DNA of 64,000 nt. Origin: Candidatus Magasanikbacteria bacterium UBA922. Lineage in GTDB: Bacteria > Patescibacteriota > Patescibacteriia > Magasanikbacterales > UBA922. The notes beneath the pieces are model-generated. The model saw nothing but the letters and a program-made list of their open reading frames with translations, was not told the DNA's origin and made no database searches. This document shows, in pieces, positions 50,506-59,603 of this stretch. The first letter of the stretch is position 1. Every line of letters begins with the position of its first letter. The DNA lies in the NCBI GenBank assembly GCA_002293825.1, contig DBDW01000002.1, positions 18,059 through 82,058 of the forward strand, given 5' to 3'. A program made the position numbers and the translations under genes.

Positions 50506-52635
50506 ATGATAGCCAATATAAGCCAAAAATTCAATCTCCAGACTACCACACTCCTCGTATCCCTATGCACCATACTGCTCGAAGTATTTTTTTTCAACAT
50601 TCCCGTGCTCTCGACACCTGCAGTACTGTTGTACATTCTACTCATCGGAAAATCTATCGGAGAACGCTTTTTTGACACATCTGGACTCCAGTGGTGGGGC
50701 GGAATCGCACTCCTACTCTCTTCGGTTTCACTCATCGGAGTCATTATCTACTACCCCTACAAACTCACCCCTGAATTTTCAGTAATAACCATTGCGGCAC
50801 CACTTCTATATTTATTAAAAAAGAAAAAGAAAACAAAAATTGAGGAAAAGCCTATAGAAACATCACTCAATACACCTACAAAATTGGGCATGATAATTTT
50901 TTTAACACTTGAAATCATACTCGTGTGTACAATTATCAGTGCACGCTCGGGAGAACTGATGCGCTCACCATGGATCGCATTCGACGCATGGTTTTTTATC
51001 CTCTTTGCACTCGCCTCAAGTGTATTATTTTTTTTAATGACCCAAAAAACGAATACAAAATTCTTGATTATTAGTGCAATTTTACATCATTTCATTTTTT
51101 ACAGTATTGCAGCTATTGTCTACAAAATAGGTTTCGGATTCGATGGATTCATACACCGCGCAACCGAATCATGGATTTTAGAACATGGATTTATCACACC
51201 CAAAGAGCCATTTTATATTGGCCAATACGGATTAGTTGTAACATTTTCACGAATCACCGGCATTGCAATCGCATATATCGACATATTCCTAATTCCTGCA
51301 CTAGCAGCACTCTCAATTCCCACACTCATCCATCATGTTTTTAAAAACACCTGGAACACTACCACGAAAAACCTCGGATTAGTCCTCTCATTTGTAATTC
51401 CTTTTATATTTTTCTTTTCATTTAATCTCACTACCCCACACAATCTCACTCTTCTACTCCTCATACTAGGGATGATAAGTGTGGTGGGATATACAAGAAA
51501 AAAAATCCCCTACATTCTTCCCGCACTTATCGGACTCACCGCTCTCGGAACACACCCACTCTTAGGGGTTCCCACAATCATCATCGTACTAGTCGCAGGA
51601 ATAGTAGAAAAAACGTTGAAAAAAAATGTAAAAATTCTGACATACACAATGATGTTTGTAGCACTTTCGGTATTACCACTACTCATGTTCATGATGCAAC
51701 AATGGTTCAATGGACACGGACTCCCTACACTAGTAAATCCATTTTCAAATAGCGCACTATTTCTTGATTTTTTCAAACGTCCATTTTGGTACAAAGCAGA
51801 CGCTGTGTGGTACTTCGAAATTATATATGCATGGCAATATATGATTACCCCCATACTTCTCATCTGCGCAGGAATCGGCTTCTGGCTTCAAAAAAAGACC
51901 ACTATTGCATGGGTCTCTCTCATCTCAAGCGTGGGATTATGTATCGGTGCTTTTTTACTTCGTACACTAATCACCTTCCCCAACGTAGCATCATCAGAAC
52001 AAGGAAATTATCCATTACGACTATTGATCGGATCTGTGGCCACACTATTACCACTCGTGCTATATGGCATATATCATACAGGTAAAGCAAAAACATATTT
52101 CATACAGACAAAATTACGCATACCCACGACCATCTATTATGCCGCGGGATCACTCATCATTGGAGCACTGCTTATGTTATCATTGTACTTTTCATACCCA
52201 CAATACAATGAAAAAGTATTTTTTCCTGGGTTGAATGTAAGTGAATATGATCAAAAAGTAGTACGCTGGATCCACGAACAAAACGAGACTTATGACTATG
52301 TTGTACTCTCAACCATTCTCACGGCAGTAGCTGCATTGACAGAACATCCATTTGCATCATATATCGACACCGTGTACGGACCTCAATTTTATTATTCAAT
52401 CCCCTCGGGTGGACCATTATACCTCGCCTACGAAGAAATGGTATATCAAGGACAAAAACGAGAAACAATTGATCGTATATTTGAATTAACTAATGTGAAT
52501 ACTATCTATCTGGTGGTACCATGGTACTGGGCACGAATTGATGAAATTGTAGAAGGCGCAAAAAAAAGTGCCGATTCATGGCACTCAATTGATCATAAAA
52601 TGTGGATTTTTAAATACCTCAAACACGATAATTAG
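50506..52635 (+). CDS. Large polytopic membrane protein, possibly GT-C-like
   Basis: Many TM segments, FDGFIHRATE loop, soluble C-terminal domain; start placed at ATG 50506. Confidence 0.7.
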   Translation: MIANISQKFNLQTTTLLVSLCTILLEVFFFNIPVLSTPAVLLYILLIGKSIGERFFDTSGLQWWGGIALLLSSVSLIGVIIYYPYKLTPEFSVITIAAPLLYLLKKKKKTKIEEKPIETSLNTPTKLGMIIFLTLEIILVCTIISARSGELMRSPWIAFDAWFFILFALASSVLFFLMTQKTNTKFLIISAILHHFIFYSIAAIVYKIGFGFDGFIHRATESWILEHGFITPKEPFYIGQYGLVVTFSRITGIAIAYIDIFLIPALAALSIPTLIHHVFKNTWNTTTKNLGLVLSFVIPFIFFFSFNLTTPHNLTLLLLILGMISVVGYTRKKIPYILPALIGLTALGTHPLLGVPTIIIVLVAGIVEKTLKKNVKILTYTMMFVALSVLPLLMFMMQQWFNGHGLPTLVNPFSNSALFLDFFKRPFWYKADAVWYFEIIYAWQYMITPILLICAGIGFWLQKKTTIAWVSLISSVGLCIGAFLLRTLITFPNVASSEQGNYPLRLLIGSVATLLPLVLYGIYHTGKAKTYFIQTKLRIPTTIYYAAGSLIIGALLMLSLYFSYPQYNEKVFFPGLNVSEYDQKVVRWIHEQNETYDYVVLSTILTAVAALTEHPFASYIDTVYGPQFYYSIPSGGPLYLAYEEMVYQGQKRETIDRIFELTNVNTIYLVVPWYWARIDEIVEGAKKSADSWHSIDHKMWIFKYLKHDN

Positions 52636-53800
52636 CCTCAAGTGTACGAATGTATTCCTCGTTATTATTCTCAGGCACCACACTATACGTTCTCATATGT
52701 TCGAGCGTTTCCTGATGAGCAATACACCATTGAATTCGTTCAATCAGCTGTGCCACATTCCCTGCTTCAAACGTAATACCATTTTTTCCTTCTTCAATCA
52801 ACTCAGCAATCCCTTCGATACTACTCGCAAGCACTGGAACATGGAATGAAAAACTTTCAAAAATTACGGTCGGTGAGTTTTCGTAACACAAAGAAGGCAC
52901 AATCGTAATATCCGCCATAGTATACAATTCTCGCAACCGTTCTTTTTCTACACGACCATATACATGGATACGATCACAGTGTCTGGCACGGGCAGTAATC
53001 GAATCTAATAAGGACCCACTTCCTGCAATGTGTAACTCAAAATCAGACGAAGCAATACGATCAATAGCATCAAAAAGAATTGAAATTCCTTTGTGATACT
53101 CAATCTGTCCTACATATAATAATTGTAACACATTCTTCTTATTCTTTTTGTGTATACGTTCATTCAAAAAAGTTAATGGATTTCGTAGAACAGTAGTGTG
53201 TGAGGATTTGAAAAAACCACGAGAAGAATAAAAATTAAGTAAAAATTGCGAAGGTGAAATAATCACATCTGGAGAACCAAACAAACTTCTCGTGATCAAG
53301 CTATATAATGCAGTATGAGGACCATGATAACGAAAACTTTTTTCTTTGGTCTTGAGTATCATTGCGCTCGGTTCTACCAACTGCACATCATGAATTGTGT
53401 GCACATGTTGTACATTTCGAGCACGAATTCTCTTAGGAATAAGAAAAGAAAGTCCAATCAAATTATGCGTATGCACCACATCAGGCCGTTCTTGAGCTAT
53501 AATAGCATCCACACGATCAGCCACGTATGAATTCCAAATATTTTCAATATGCCATCTAATCCGTGAAAGCGCACCATGGGTATGCGCATCAGTATAAAAA
53601 TAAGAATTTTTTGGATTGATACGATACATACGCACGCCATCTTCTTCGACCATCTCATCATCGTGTGGGGTGGAAGTAATCACAATAACAGAATGTCCCC
53701 GCTCTCGAAGACTTCTGACTGTCTGGACCACCACCTGTTCAGCACCACCCCGATGATAGGGGGGATAGATATTATTAATAATACAAATTTTCATACTCAT
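52619..53800 (-). CDS. Glycosyltransferase family 4
   Basis: YPPYHRGGAE, HTHN, VPSLCYENSPTVIFES. Confidence 0.92.
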   Translation of the reverse strand: MSMKICIINNIYPPYHRGGAEQVVVQTVRSLRERGHSVIVITSTPHDDEMVEEDGVRMYRINPKNSYFYTDAHTHGALSRIRWHIENIWNSYVADRVDAIIAQERPDVVHTHNLIGLSFLIPKRIRARNVQHVHTIHDVQLVEPSAMILKTKEKSFRYHGPHTALYSLITRSLFGSPDVIISPSQFLLNFYSSRGFFKSSHTTVLRNPLTFLNERIHKKNKKNVLQLLYVGQIEYHKGISILFDAIDRIASSDFELHIAGSGSLLDSITARARHCDRIHVYGRVEKERLRELYTMADITIVPSLCYENSPTVIFESFSFHVPVLASSIEGIAELIEEGKNGITFEAGNVAQLIERIQWCIAHQETLEHMRTYSVVPENNNEEYIRTLEANYRV

Positions 53801-54750
53801 TCTTTTGATCTATTCGCCGTAATTATCCAATGCCAACACAGATGTTTACACCCAGGAATCGAAAATAAAAATTCATCCAACCGTACAATATTTTTTTCAA
53901 GACCTTTAGGAAGTGAAATTCTCTTTTTCATTTTAAATGCTCGGTACAAAAATTCAAGAATATAGTGCATGAACCCAGCAATAAGCCACATAGGCCGAAT
54001 TGTATACCCGCTCCACTGTGGATTCTGCAATAATCGTCGAAGTTTGTTATAAGTAAAACCTTCCATCAATGCATCTGCTTTTGATCCTTCATGAGGATTC
54101 ATGTGCGTCATACGGCACAATAATCCGCGTAGATATTTGATAGGTCTAAAATACGTCGTATTAGGCTCAATACCCATGACCAAAAGTCCGCCTGGCTTGA
54201 GCACACGCGCAAATTCAGCAAGCGCTACCTCCGGATGTTCGAAATGGTGAAATGTGGCAACCATATATACAATATCAAAACTCGCTTTCTCAAATGGAAT
54301 ATGTTCCCCATCAACGGCAACAAATGCTTCAGGAGTTTGCGATAGATTACCACGGAGACGTTTAAGCGTGTCAGGTGAAATATCTGTTTCTACAACCTGA
54401 TGATGACGCAAAACGTGCTCAGCCTCAGTACCCGAACTCCCTGCACCTACTTCAAGCGCGCGTCCGCGCGGATGTTTTCTAATCGAATCATGAATACTGT
54501 CATGATAAAACTTATTTCGATACGTGGTTAATTGATGGACATCTGCCGCATTTTCATCGAATTCATCATGATAATGGGCTTCTTCTTGTGCGAGTTCACC
54601 CATGGTTTTTGGCCACGCAACTATAATTCCATCCTGTACCGCGTAACCATGCTTACACGAAATACAGACATAAGACATAATAGGCTCTGTCACCAATCTC
54701 ATCGAATTACCACACTCAACACAAGACAGTTGAATAATTGATTGATGCAT
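53797..54750 (-). CDS. Class I SAM methyltransferase with N-terminal Trm112-like zinc ribbon
   Basis: CVECG...CISCKHGYAVQDGI; LEVGAG, FDIV, FHHF, RVLKPGG, EPN. Confidence 0.85.
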   Translation of the reverse strand: MHQSIIQLSCVECGNSMRLVTEPIMSYVCISCKHGYAVQDGIIVAWPKTMGELAQEEAHYHDEFDENAADVHQLTTYRNKFYHDSIHDSIRKHPRGRALEVGAGSSGTEAEHVLRHHQVVETDISPDTLKRLRGNLSQTPEAFVAVDGEHIPFEKASFDIVYMVATFHHFEHPEVALAEFARVLKPGGLLVMGIEPNTTYFRPIKYLRGLLCRMTHMNPHEGSKADALMEGFTYNKLRRLLQNPQWSGYTIRPMWLIAGFMHYILEFLYRAFKMKKRISLPKGLEKNIVRLDEFLFSIPGCKHLCWHWIITANRSKE

Positions 54751-54844
54751 ATAGTCAAAATCAATAACTTTTACAGCTCTAAAAAATAGCTTTTAATTAC
54801 CGACCATTACGGAAGTATGCTAACTCTAGCATATTTTTTTCAAA

Positions 54845-54921
54845 CTTTCCACCTATACACATGTTCCACACAGAGTTATACCTATGTACCAATTGAAACT
54901 CTCGGCAGGCTGCGATATCAT
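54845..54921 (+). promoter_or_regulatory. dnaB promoter with upstream degenerate DnaA-box-like 9-mers
   Basis: CTTTCCACC, CTATACACA, TGTTCCACA in tandem (54845-54870), then TTGAAA-17-TATCAT ending 9 nt before the ATG. Confidence 0.5.
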
Positions 54922-54930
54922 ACAGGGGTT

Positions 54931-56331
54931 ATGACAGAAATTACCACTCTCGAAAAGATCCCTCCACAGAATCTTGAAGCCGAAAAATCTCTCATTGGCT
55001 CTATTTTGATTGACAAAGAATCAATGATAAAAATTGCCGACATGACGGATGTTGAGGATTTTTACAAGCCAGCTCACAGCATGATTTTTGAAGTCATGCA
55101 GGAATTATACAGCAAATCAGAACCTATCGATGTTTTGACCGTTTCAAACCGACTAGAAGAAAAAGGACAATTGGAACAAATAGGAGGACGAAGCTATCTC
55201 GTAGAATTATCGAATAGTGTTCCTACCGCCTCACACATCGAACAATATGCCAAAATTATTAGACGTAAAGCCACGTTGAGAAAATTACTTCAATCAGCAC
55301 ATGAAATTTCAAAACTTGGATACAAAGAGGACGCTGAAGACGTAGACAGTCTTCTCGACGAAGCACAGCAACATCTATTCTCAATCTCTCAAAAACATCT
55401 CAAACAGACTTTTTCTCCAATTAGAGGAATTTTGAATGAAGCATTCGAACGTATCGACGAGCTTCACCGTGAAAAAGGAAAATTGCGAGGAACACCAAGT
55501 GGATTTACCCAGCTCGACGGACTTCTTGCAGGATTTCAAAAATCAGACCTTATTATTCTCGCTGCACGTCCATCGGTAGGAAAAACATCCTTTGCTCTCG
55601 ATCTCGCACGTCACGCAGCAGTAAAAGGAAAAGTGCCTGTAGGTATTTTTTCACTTGAAATGAGTAAAGAACAATTGGTAGACCGTCTGCTTTGTGCCGA
55701 AGCAGGAATCGACCTCTGGAAAATGCGTACAGGAAACCTCTCAGACAGACCAGATTCAGATGACTTCCCTCGTATTGGACACGCTATGGGTGTGCTTGCT
55801 GAAGCTCCAATTTTTATCGACGACACACCTGGAAATAACGTCATGCATATTAGAACCAAAGCAAGACGGCTCCAAGCTGAGCATGGACTCGGACTCATTA
55901 TTATCGACTACTTACAGCTCATGGAATCGCACAGCAACAAATTTAGCGATAACCGTGTACAAGAAGTTTCGGTAATTTCCCGTAACCTCAAAGGTATTGC
56001 ACGTGAACTAAACGTACCCGTCATCGCACTATCACAGCTCTCTCGTGCGGTAGAACAAACCAAACCTGCAATTCCAAAACTTGCACACCTTCGTGAATCT
56101 GGTAGTATTGAGCAGGATGCAGACGTGGTCATGTTTATTTACCGCAAATCTGCAGATCGAAATTATCGCCTCGAAGACATACCACCAGATGAGCGTCATA
56201 TCGGAGAAATTCACGTAGCAAAACACAGAAACGGACCTACCGGAGTCGTCAAAGTATTCTTCGACGAAGCTCGTGCAAGCTACAAAAATCTTGATCTCCA
56301 GCACGGTGGTGGCACTTCGAGCATCGAGTAA
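54931..56331 (+). CDS. dnaB: Replicative DNA helicase
   Basis: PPQNLEAE, AARPSVGKT, FSLEMS, IDYLQL, LSQLSR, LRESGSIEQDAD, KHRNGPTG; no intein. Confidence 0.99.
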   Translation: MTEITTLEKIPPQNLEAEKSLIGSILIDKESMIKIADMTDVEDFYKPAHSMIFEVMQELYSKSEPIDVLTVSNRLEEKGQLEQIGGRSYLVELSNSVPTASHIEQYAKIIRRKATLRKLLQSAHEISKLGYKEDAEDVDSLLDEAQQHLFSISQKHLKQTFSPIRGILNEAFERIDELHREKGKLRGTPSGFTQLDGLLAGFQKSDLIILAARPSVGKTSFALDLARHAAVKGKVPVGIFSLEMSKEQLVDRLLCAEAGIDLWKMRTGNLSDRPDSDDFPRIGHAMGVLAEAPIFIDDTPGNNVMHIRTKARRLQAEHGLGLIIIDYLQLMESHSNKFSDNRVQEVSVISRNLKGIARELNVPVIALSQLSRAVEQTKPAIPKLAHLRESGSIEQDADVVMFIYRKSADRNYRLEDIPPDERHIGEIHVAKHRNGPTGVVKVFFDEARASYKNLDLQHGGGTSSIE

Positions 56332-56553
56332 TCCTTCTGCTCCGTACATCACTTAAGTATTCGCTTCACGAATACAAACTTCAATCGAAATCTGATTTTT
56401 TATCGATGAACACGATACACGCTCCAACGATGTATCAAAAATAAAATCGATTAAAAATCGTTGTCAAAAAAATAAGTAAAAAACCAAGAAGGAAAAAGTT
56501 AAAAATCAACTTTTTTGACTTTTACCTTTTTACTTTTAACTTTACTAAAAAGT

Positions 56554-56856
56554 ATGTTCAATAAACTTAAACAGTTCAAAGACCTTCGCGACAAAGCAAA
56601 AGAATTGCAGGATGTGCTCGGCAAAGAATCAGTGACTACCACCGCAGCAGGAAACACAATATCCCTCACCATGAATGGGAACCTAGAAATCACAGACCTC
56701 ACCATTGATGATACATTGCTCACAGCAGACAAAAAAGCAAAACTTATCGATGGAGTCAAAGAAGCACACAAAGATGCACTCAAAAAAATGCAACGCACCA
56801 TGGCGCTAAAAATGCGTGACATGGGAGGATTACCAGATATTCCAGGACTAAGTTAG
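56554..56856 (+). CDS. ybaB: YbaB/EbfC nucleoid-associated protein
   Basis: Size, sequence pattern and position upstream of recR. Confidence 0.88.
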   Translation: MFNKLKQFKDLRDKAKELQDVLGKESVTTTAAGNTISLTMNGNLEITDLTIDDTLLTADKKAKLIDGVKEAHKDALKKMQRTMALKMRDMGGLPDIPGLS

Positions 56857-56927
56857 TAATTAGACAGGCAGAAAAGCAAGCTTTGAGAACCACTTTGTTG
56901 GTTCTCAAACTATTGGTTCCAAGCTCT

Positions 56928-57530
56928 ATGTCCTACCCAAAACCCATACAAAACCTCATTCACGCTTTTGCCAGACTCCCAAGCGTCGGTCCACGAACCG
57001 CCGAACGTTTTGTATTTCATCTACTCAAATCAGGAAAAAAAGATGTAAGTGAACTCACTATTGCGCTCAAAGAGCTAATAGAAACCGTGAAAAGCTGTGA
57101 GATTTGCTGGGTATTTTCTGATATTAGCCCATGTAGCGTCTGTGCGTCTCCTCAGCGAGATCCCAAATCAGTCTGTGTCGTAGCAGAGCCACAAGACCGT
57201 GAGGCTATCGAAAAAACAAACACATATCGAGGTGCGTATCATATTATCCGAGGAGTGATACAAGCACATGATGAAAACTCACTCCGAGGTCTCAAAATTC
57301 CTGAATTACTCGCACGAGTACGAAAAGGTGGAATCGATGAAATTATTCTTGCGCTCAATCCAGACCTGCCCGGTGAGACAACCATGATGTATCTTGAAAA
57401 AAAGATAAAAGAAATTGCTCCACATATCAAAGTCTCACGTCTGGCACGTGGACTTCCCATGGGTAGCGATCTCCAGTATGCCGACGACATCACACTCGGG
57501 AGTGCGCTCAAAAACAGAACAACCTCATAA
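56928..57530 (+). CDS. recR: Recombination mediator RecR
   Basis: LPSVGPRTAER, C4 zinc finger, EIILALNPDLPGETT, LARGLPMGSDLQYAD. Confidence 0.97.
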   Translation: MSYPKPIQNLIHAFARLPSVGPRTAERFVFHLLKSGKKDVSELTIALKELIETVKSCEICWVFSDISPCSVCASPQRDPKSVCVVAEPQDREAIEKTNTYRGAYHIIRGVIQAHDENSLRGLKIPELLARVRKGGIDEIILALNPDLPGETTMMYLEKKIKEIAPHIKVSRLARGLPMGSDLQYADDITLGSALKNRTTS

Positions 57531-57547
57531 ATACGACAACATAAACA

Positions 57548-57575
57548 AAACATCCTCCGATTTGGAGGATGTTTA
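57548..57575. terminator. Bidirectional terminator between recR and rplU
   Basis: AAACATCCTCC-GATTT-GGAGGATGTTT. Confidence 0.8.
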
Positions 57576-57591
57576 TTTTAACAATAGAAAT

Positions 57592-57903
57592 TTACACCTT
57601 TGCAATTTTCACCTTGGTGAAAGCCTGCTTATGTCCAATAGTACGCTTATAACGAACTTTTCGTTTGTATTTCACAACACGAATTTTGTCATGACGACCC
57701 TGGCCTTCTACAGCAGCAGTGACGCTTACCCCACTCAAATATGGATTACCAAGTTTTACATTCTCGCCGTTTTCGTCAGCAGTAAGGAGTACTTTATCAA
57801 ACACCACTTCTTTGCCGGCTTCTACGTCGAGTTTTTCAACCTTGAGAACGTCTCCCGCTTTCACGAGGTACTGCTTTCCGCCGGTTTCAATAACTGCGAA
57901 CAT
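57592..57903 (-). CDS. rplU: 50S ribosomal protein L21
   Basis: MFAVIETGGKQYLV...GHKQAFTKVKI. Confidence 0.98.
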   Translation of the reverse strand: MFAVIETGGKQYLVKAGDVLKVEKLDVEAGKEVVFDKVLLTADENGENVKLGNPYLSGVSVTAAVEGQGRHDKIRVVKYKRKVRYKRTIGHKQAFTKVKIAKV

Positions 57904-57950
57904 ACACGTTTATTTAGCAAAATTTAATAAATGTTTTGGGAAACAGGAAT

Positions 57951-57979
57951 ACTATATATGAAATGCCATAAAATGTCAA
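57951..57979 (-). promoter_or_regulatory. Sigma70-type promoter for rplU
   Basis: Minus strand reads TTGACA-17 nt-TATAGT. Confidence 0.75.
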
Positions 57980-58024
57980 TATCAAAAATATGTATACCAC
58001 GCAGAATAAAAATAACAAGAAAAA

Positions 58025-58507
58025 TCAGGGTATTTGCGTGATTACAGTCCCAATACCAATTCCGAGCTCCCCTGCCCTTCCTGCAGGCAATTCTAGGACT
58101 GTATTAGCCTCTGCACGGGGCCGATAAACACGAAGTGCGGTATCAGGTACACCTGGCTCAAGCGGCACATACTCTGCTAAATCGACCACCACACCATCCC
58201 GAAGCCAGATAATATCAATTGAAAAGCGCATATCCCGCATAACAAATCCGTGACGTGCATAAGTCAAAAATGGAAATATCATACCATCATAAGGTGCAAT
58301 AGTATCACGATTACCCAGCCCTCGATATTGTTGCTGAATCGTCTTGGCAACCAAAACCTCAATCGTTTTACCCTCGACCTCAAGCGTTACCTTGGGCCAA
58401 TACACTTTATTCCATACAAACAGGCAAGCTGCAACACCAAGAAACACTACTACCCACCACATGCGTACACGCTTCGTATGTTCAGATTTCTTTTTTTCAA
58501 AATCCAT
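58025..58507 (-). CDS. DUF192-family protein
   Basis: RGLGNR, GMIF, MRDMRFSIDIIW, VLELPAG. Confidence 0.9.
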   Translation of the reverse strand: MDFEKKKSEHTKRVRMWWVVVFLGVAACLFVWNKVYWPKVTLEVEGKTIEVLVAKTIQQQYRGLGNRDTIAPYDGMIFPFLTYARHGFVMRDMRFSIDIIWLRDGVVVDLAEYVPLEPGVPDTALRVYRPRAEANTVLELPAGRAGELGIGIGTVITQIP

Positions 58508-58525
58508 AGAGGATAAATACAACCA

Positions 58526-59596
58526 TCATGATGAAGTGTGATCTTTCTTTGAAAGCCACAATCCAATCAACAACATAAGTACAAAAATAAATAACAACGC
58601 AATAAGTTGATGCTCTGCCTGAATAAATAAAGCAGTCATGCCAAACAACAATGAAATTGCATATAGCAATAATACCGCCTGTCGATGACTCAGTCCAGAC
58701 TCAATCAATCGATAGTGCAAATGTTCACGATCACCAATATAAACCGGTCGTTTCTTGATCACACGCATCACCATAACACGCACTACATCAATCATGGGAA
58801 TACCTATTACCATAAACGTAATCGCTATTTTACTCTTCGAGATTATCGCGAGACTCCCCAAAATAAATCCAGTCATAAGACTTCCACCTTCTCCTAAAAA
58901 TATTTTTGCGGGATTAAAATTCCATACCAAAAACCCAAGCAATGTACCTGCAAATATCAATGAAAGGAGCGCAACATTCGGATCAGACCATTGTGGCTGA
59001 ATAGAAACTGCATAAATTACAAATGCGGCAATTGTGACAATCCCCGAAACCAATCCATCAAGTCCATCTAGAAATTTGGTAGTAAACATCATACCAAAAA
59101 GCCACAAAAAGACGAGTGCATCAGCAAAAAGTACGATGTGTATTGCCGGCTCAATCATAATGGTAATATGGGTCAAATCAACCACTCCTCCAAACGGACT
59201 ACTGAATACCCCCGGAGCATTACCCAACACAACCATAACAACACTCGCAAGAATAGGTGCAATGATCTGATATCTCGGACGAAGAGTAAATTTATCATCA
59301 AGAATACCCCCAATCATGAGAAATAGAGAGCCCAAGCTTAATCCCACTAACGTCATTGAATTAAACGTGGTTCGAAATTCTCCATGAGAAAGCCAGACAA
59401 TTCCCGCGATACCAAAAAATACAGTATATACCGCAAGTCCTCCGCCAAGCGGAGTAGATCGTGTATGAATCTTGCGAGAACGCGCACCTGGTGCCCGATC
59501 AATTACACCATATCGTCGCATCAATATAGCCACGAGCCCCGTCACAATCACCGAACACACGAAAGCAATGGTAAAATAAATTCCGTATTCCAACAT
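58526..59596 (-). CDS. WecA/TagO-like undecaprenyl-phosphate GlcNAc-1-phosphate transferase
   Basis: RKIH..TPLGGGLA, GILDD, FLDGLDGL, NFNPAKIFLGEGG, DREHLHYRL. Confidence 0.9.
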   Translation of the reverse strand: MLEYGIYFTIAFVCSVIVTGLVAILMRRYGVIDRAPGARSRKIHTRSTPLGGGLAVYTVFFGIAGIVWLSHGEFRTTFNSMTLVGLSLGSLFLMIGGILDDKFTLRPRYQIIAPILASVVMVVLGNAPGVFSSPFGGVVDLTHITIMIEPAIHIVLFADALVFLWLFGMMFTTKFLDGLDGLVSGIVTIAAFVIYAVSIQPQWSDPNVALLSLIFAGTLLGFLVWNFNPAKIFLGEGGSLMTGFILGSLAIISKSKIAITFMVIGIPMIDVVRVMVMRVIKKRPVYIGDREHLHYRLIESGLSHRQAVLLLYAISLLFGMTALFIQAEHQLIALLFIFVLMLLIGLWLSKKDHTSS

Positions 59597-59603
59597 ACTA
59601 TAA

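Noticed and set aside
50383-50744. Apparent long overlap between the pgsA-like gene and the large membrane gene
   Set aside because: Artefact of longest-ORF starts; ATGs at 50480 (-) and 50506 (+) give a normal divergent pair
53797-54750. Trm112-like domain as the activator of the Trm9-like enzyme
   Set aside because: It is fused to its own methyltransferase in a glycan locus about 31 kb away, a common architecture; nothing links it to the Elp3 pair
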